Origin: Oligoflexia bacterium
GTDB taxonomy: Bacteria > Bdellovibrionota > Bdellovibrionia > JABDDW01
Assembly: GCA_043732305.1 (NCBI GenBank)
Contig: JAYTHU010000043.1
Location: 1-16,529 of the forward strand
DNA length: 16,529 bases
Direction of reading: 5' to 3'
Positions 14,623 through 16,529 of the stretch are shown piece after piece. How positions within the stretch are numbered: position 1 is the first letter of the stretch; every line of letters begins with the position of its first letter. Below the pieces are notes generated by a model. That model did not search any database. It was not told the origin of the DNA and saw only the letters and a list, made by a program, of their open reading frames with translations. Both the position numbers and the translations under genes were made by a program.

Positions 14623-16382
14623 TCTGGACTCTCTTCTTTCGAAGTCGGAGCCAGAGGCGGCACTTCTGGCTTTACTTCTGGTTTGTGGAATTCGTTTTTT
14701 GCCAATTGAGCCGCAGCCCAGTCTTCAGGATTCATTTTCTTCAAAGTTTTTCCCGTGCCGCGATCTGGCACGGCGGTGGTCATGCAGTTATAGTTGACCA
14801 AATCATCTTTAGCCAAATCACCATCGCCCAATTTATTTAAGGTCTCACTGGATTTTTTGAAACAACGTGACGCGCAGGAGACAATATTGCTGGCATAAGT
14901 TTTTCCACCCTTGCCACCTTTGCCCGGTCCATATCTATTCACAGCTTCTTTGACACCACTACCTCTGCGCGAACTCTGAGATTTCAAAACGAGAGTTTCA
15001 ATTGTCACATTGATTTGCATTTCTTCGCGGTCGCTAATTTTAGAAAATAAAGGTTCCACCGCTTTTTTTCTGCGTTCAAGCATTCCAGAACCACCCTGCG
15101 TTTCAATGTCCGAAACAAGTTTGGCGTAAACTGGATAATGGTCAGGGAATTTTTTTACAACATCTACCAACGTACTGATGGTGAGTTGCCCAAGTCCGAC
15201 GGCTGTTGAAGTCTGAGTTTTGTTGCAGGCTGTATAATTTAAAGCAGAAGGATTAAAATCTGTGGTCTCTTTATAAAAGAGACAAACAAGGAGCCCTTCT
15301 TGAGAAACACCTTTTAATTTTTCAACATCAGTGGAGCTCGCTACCATTTTTCTGACAGCTTTTCTTAATTTTGAAAAGCGATTGAGCCTTTGTTTATCTT
15401 TTGTGGCGTCATCTCCTAGGAAATCTTTTTGAGTACTGCAACTGTCTAATATGCCTTTTTTAACAACTTGCTTACAAAATTCTGAACCTAATCCCGTTTT
15501 CAAAGTCAGGCGAGCGGCGGCTGTCATTTTTTCTCGTAAAGAAATGTCTTCTGAACCACAACCTTCAGGAAAATACAGCTGACATGATTTACTTCCAGAG
15601 TCTTTTGAGAAAACGCCGGTGATGTTTCCAAAGTCAACCCGGCCTTTGCAGTCCCGGATATGTTTGAGATATTTCTTTAATTCGGAGGTGGCATTGGTGG
15701 CAGCGAGTTGGTCGATGACTTCCGCTTGGTCGCGCAAACTTCTAGCCTCGTCCTTGCAGAACTCGCCATCTACGCAAGCGGCTCCAGCTTCGGCAGAAAG
15801 TGGACTTGCGCCTTCTTCGACTTCGGTTCGATTTATCCAGCCAGTTCCATGAGTGACACAGTATTTAGCTGAATTTTTACCAAGTTTATCGTTCACGTCG
15901 TCAACACTGGCCAAATAACTATCAATCTCATCGAATGTTCTATTTAGAGACTTGCCATTCAAAACAGCGCTTTTAATTTTAATTTTAACATTTTGTGAAA
16001 CAGCTTTGTGATTAATTGGATCTAAAGCCATGCAGGCGACGTCGTTTTCATTGATGTCATAGTAAAGAACTTTATCAAGATTACGGCCATCAGCATTTTT
16101 TGTACGATCGGTATTTTCATCCTGTGTGGGTGTGCAACCAGATTGTTTGTCCGTGCAAATCACAACCGTAGATCCTGAAGAAAGCGGATAAGCAAAAGGA
16201 TTCTCGCAGGGTGTACGATCCTCTGGACATTCCCTAGCTTCCGAAGGTGTGACAAAAACTAATCCCTGAGTGGCTGGGTCAATTGATTTTTTGAAAAAAC
16301 GCAGAGCATGTTCGGACGCAAGTACCTCAATTGAGAATCCAAATATAAACAAAATAATCACAGATTTAGTTGAGCTTGCCAT
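14619..16382 (-). CDS. Large secreted Cys-rich protein with C-terminal lytic transglycosylase (SLT/lysozyme-like) motifs
   Basis: Signal peptide and 18 Cys. LLVCLFYKETTDFNPSALN...STAVGLGQLT resembles SLT motifs I and II (E-S/T..FNP.A; A.GL.Q); EAVNRYG resembles motif III. The ORF is clear; the domain call is by eye. Confidence 0.65.
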   Translation of the reverse strand: MASSTKSVIILFIFGFSIEVLASEHALRFFKKSIDPATQGLVFVTPSEARECPEDRTPCENPFAYPLSSGSTVVICTDKQSGCTPTQDENTDRTKNADGRNLDKVLYYDINENDVACMALDPINHKAVSQNVKIKIKSAVLNGKSLNRTFDEIDSYLASVDDVNDKLGKNSAKYCVTHGTGWINRTEVEEGASPLSAEAGAACVDGEFCKDEARSLRDQAEVIDQLAATNATSELKKYLKHIRDCKGRVDFGNITGVFSKDSGSKSCQLYFPEGCGSEDISLREKMTAAARLTLKTGLGSEFCKQVVKKGILDSCSTQKDFLGDDATKDKQRLNRFSKLRKAVRKMVASSTDVEKLKGVSQEGLLVCLFYKETTDFNPSALNYTACNKTQTSTAVGLGQLTISTLVDVVKKFPDHYPVYAKLVSDIETQGGSGMLERRKKAVEPLFSKISDREEMQINVTIETLVLKSQSSRRGSGVKEAVNRYGPGKGGKGGKTYASNIVSCASRCFKKSSETLNKLGDGDLAKDDLVNYNCMTTAVPDRGTGKTLKKMNPEDWAAAQLAKNEFHKPEVKPEVPPLAPTSKEESPE

Positions 16383-16389
16383 CAAAGAT

Positions 16390-16416
16390 TGATCGGCGAT
16401 TGCCGAAACTTTTTTA
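16390..16416 (-). promoter_or_regulatory. sigma28 (FliA)-type promoter of the SLT-like operon
   Basis: TAAA (16416-16413), 15 nt, GCCGATCA (16397-16390); 7 nt before ATG 16382. Confidence 0.72.
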
Positions 16417-16529
16417 AGTCCTGATCAAGAACTCCAGTCGCGAATTATTTCTGAAATTCTTCAACTTTAGGCTTCCATTCATAAATATGATGGACATAAG
16501 GGTCCTCACTAACTGGATGTTTTGATGAT

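Overview
Bacterial chromosomal segment (standard genetic code, AT-leaning). Gene content, secreted orphans and sigma28/sigma54 promoter motifs suggest a Bdellovibrionota-like predatory lineage; this is an inference, not a marker-gene result. Left to right: the 3' end of an outer-membrane beta-barrel-like gene; truA; rplM-rpsI with a terminator; a polyamine cluster (aguA-aguB convergent with a deoxyhypusine-synthase-like speY, separated by a sigma54-type orphan); an M23 peptidase; a PP2C phosphatase; a TonB-C protein; a DUF2802-like gene pair; short tandem repeats; a secreted orphan; an HNH nuclease; a small orphan; mutY coupled to a TolB-like lipoprotein; and a large Cys-rich secreted protein with a lytic-transglycosylase-like domain coupled to a small secreted protein. 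No tRNA, rRNA, CRISPR array or mobile element was seen. The best leads are: (1) SpeY paired with AguA/AguB instead of SpeB, a possible alternative homospermidine route, with a candidate hairpin RNA upstream of speY; (2) a candidate cell-wall effector/self-protection pair; (3) three sigma28-type promoters that appear to give leaderless transcripts of envelope genes; (4) an HNH gene that appears to need an ATT start behind an in-frame ATG-TAG. All family calls come from motif recognition by eye; no searches were run.
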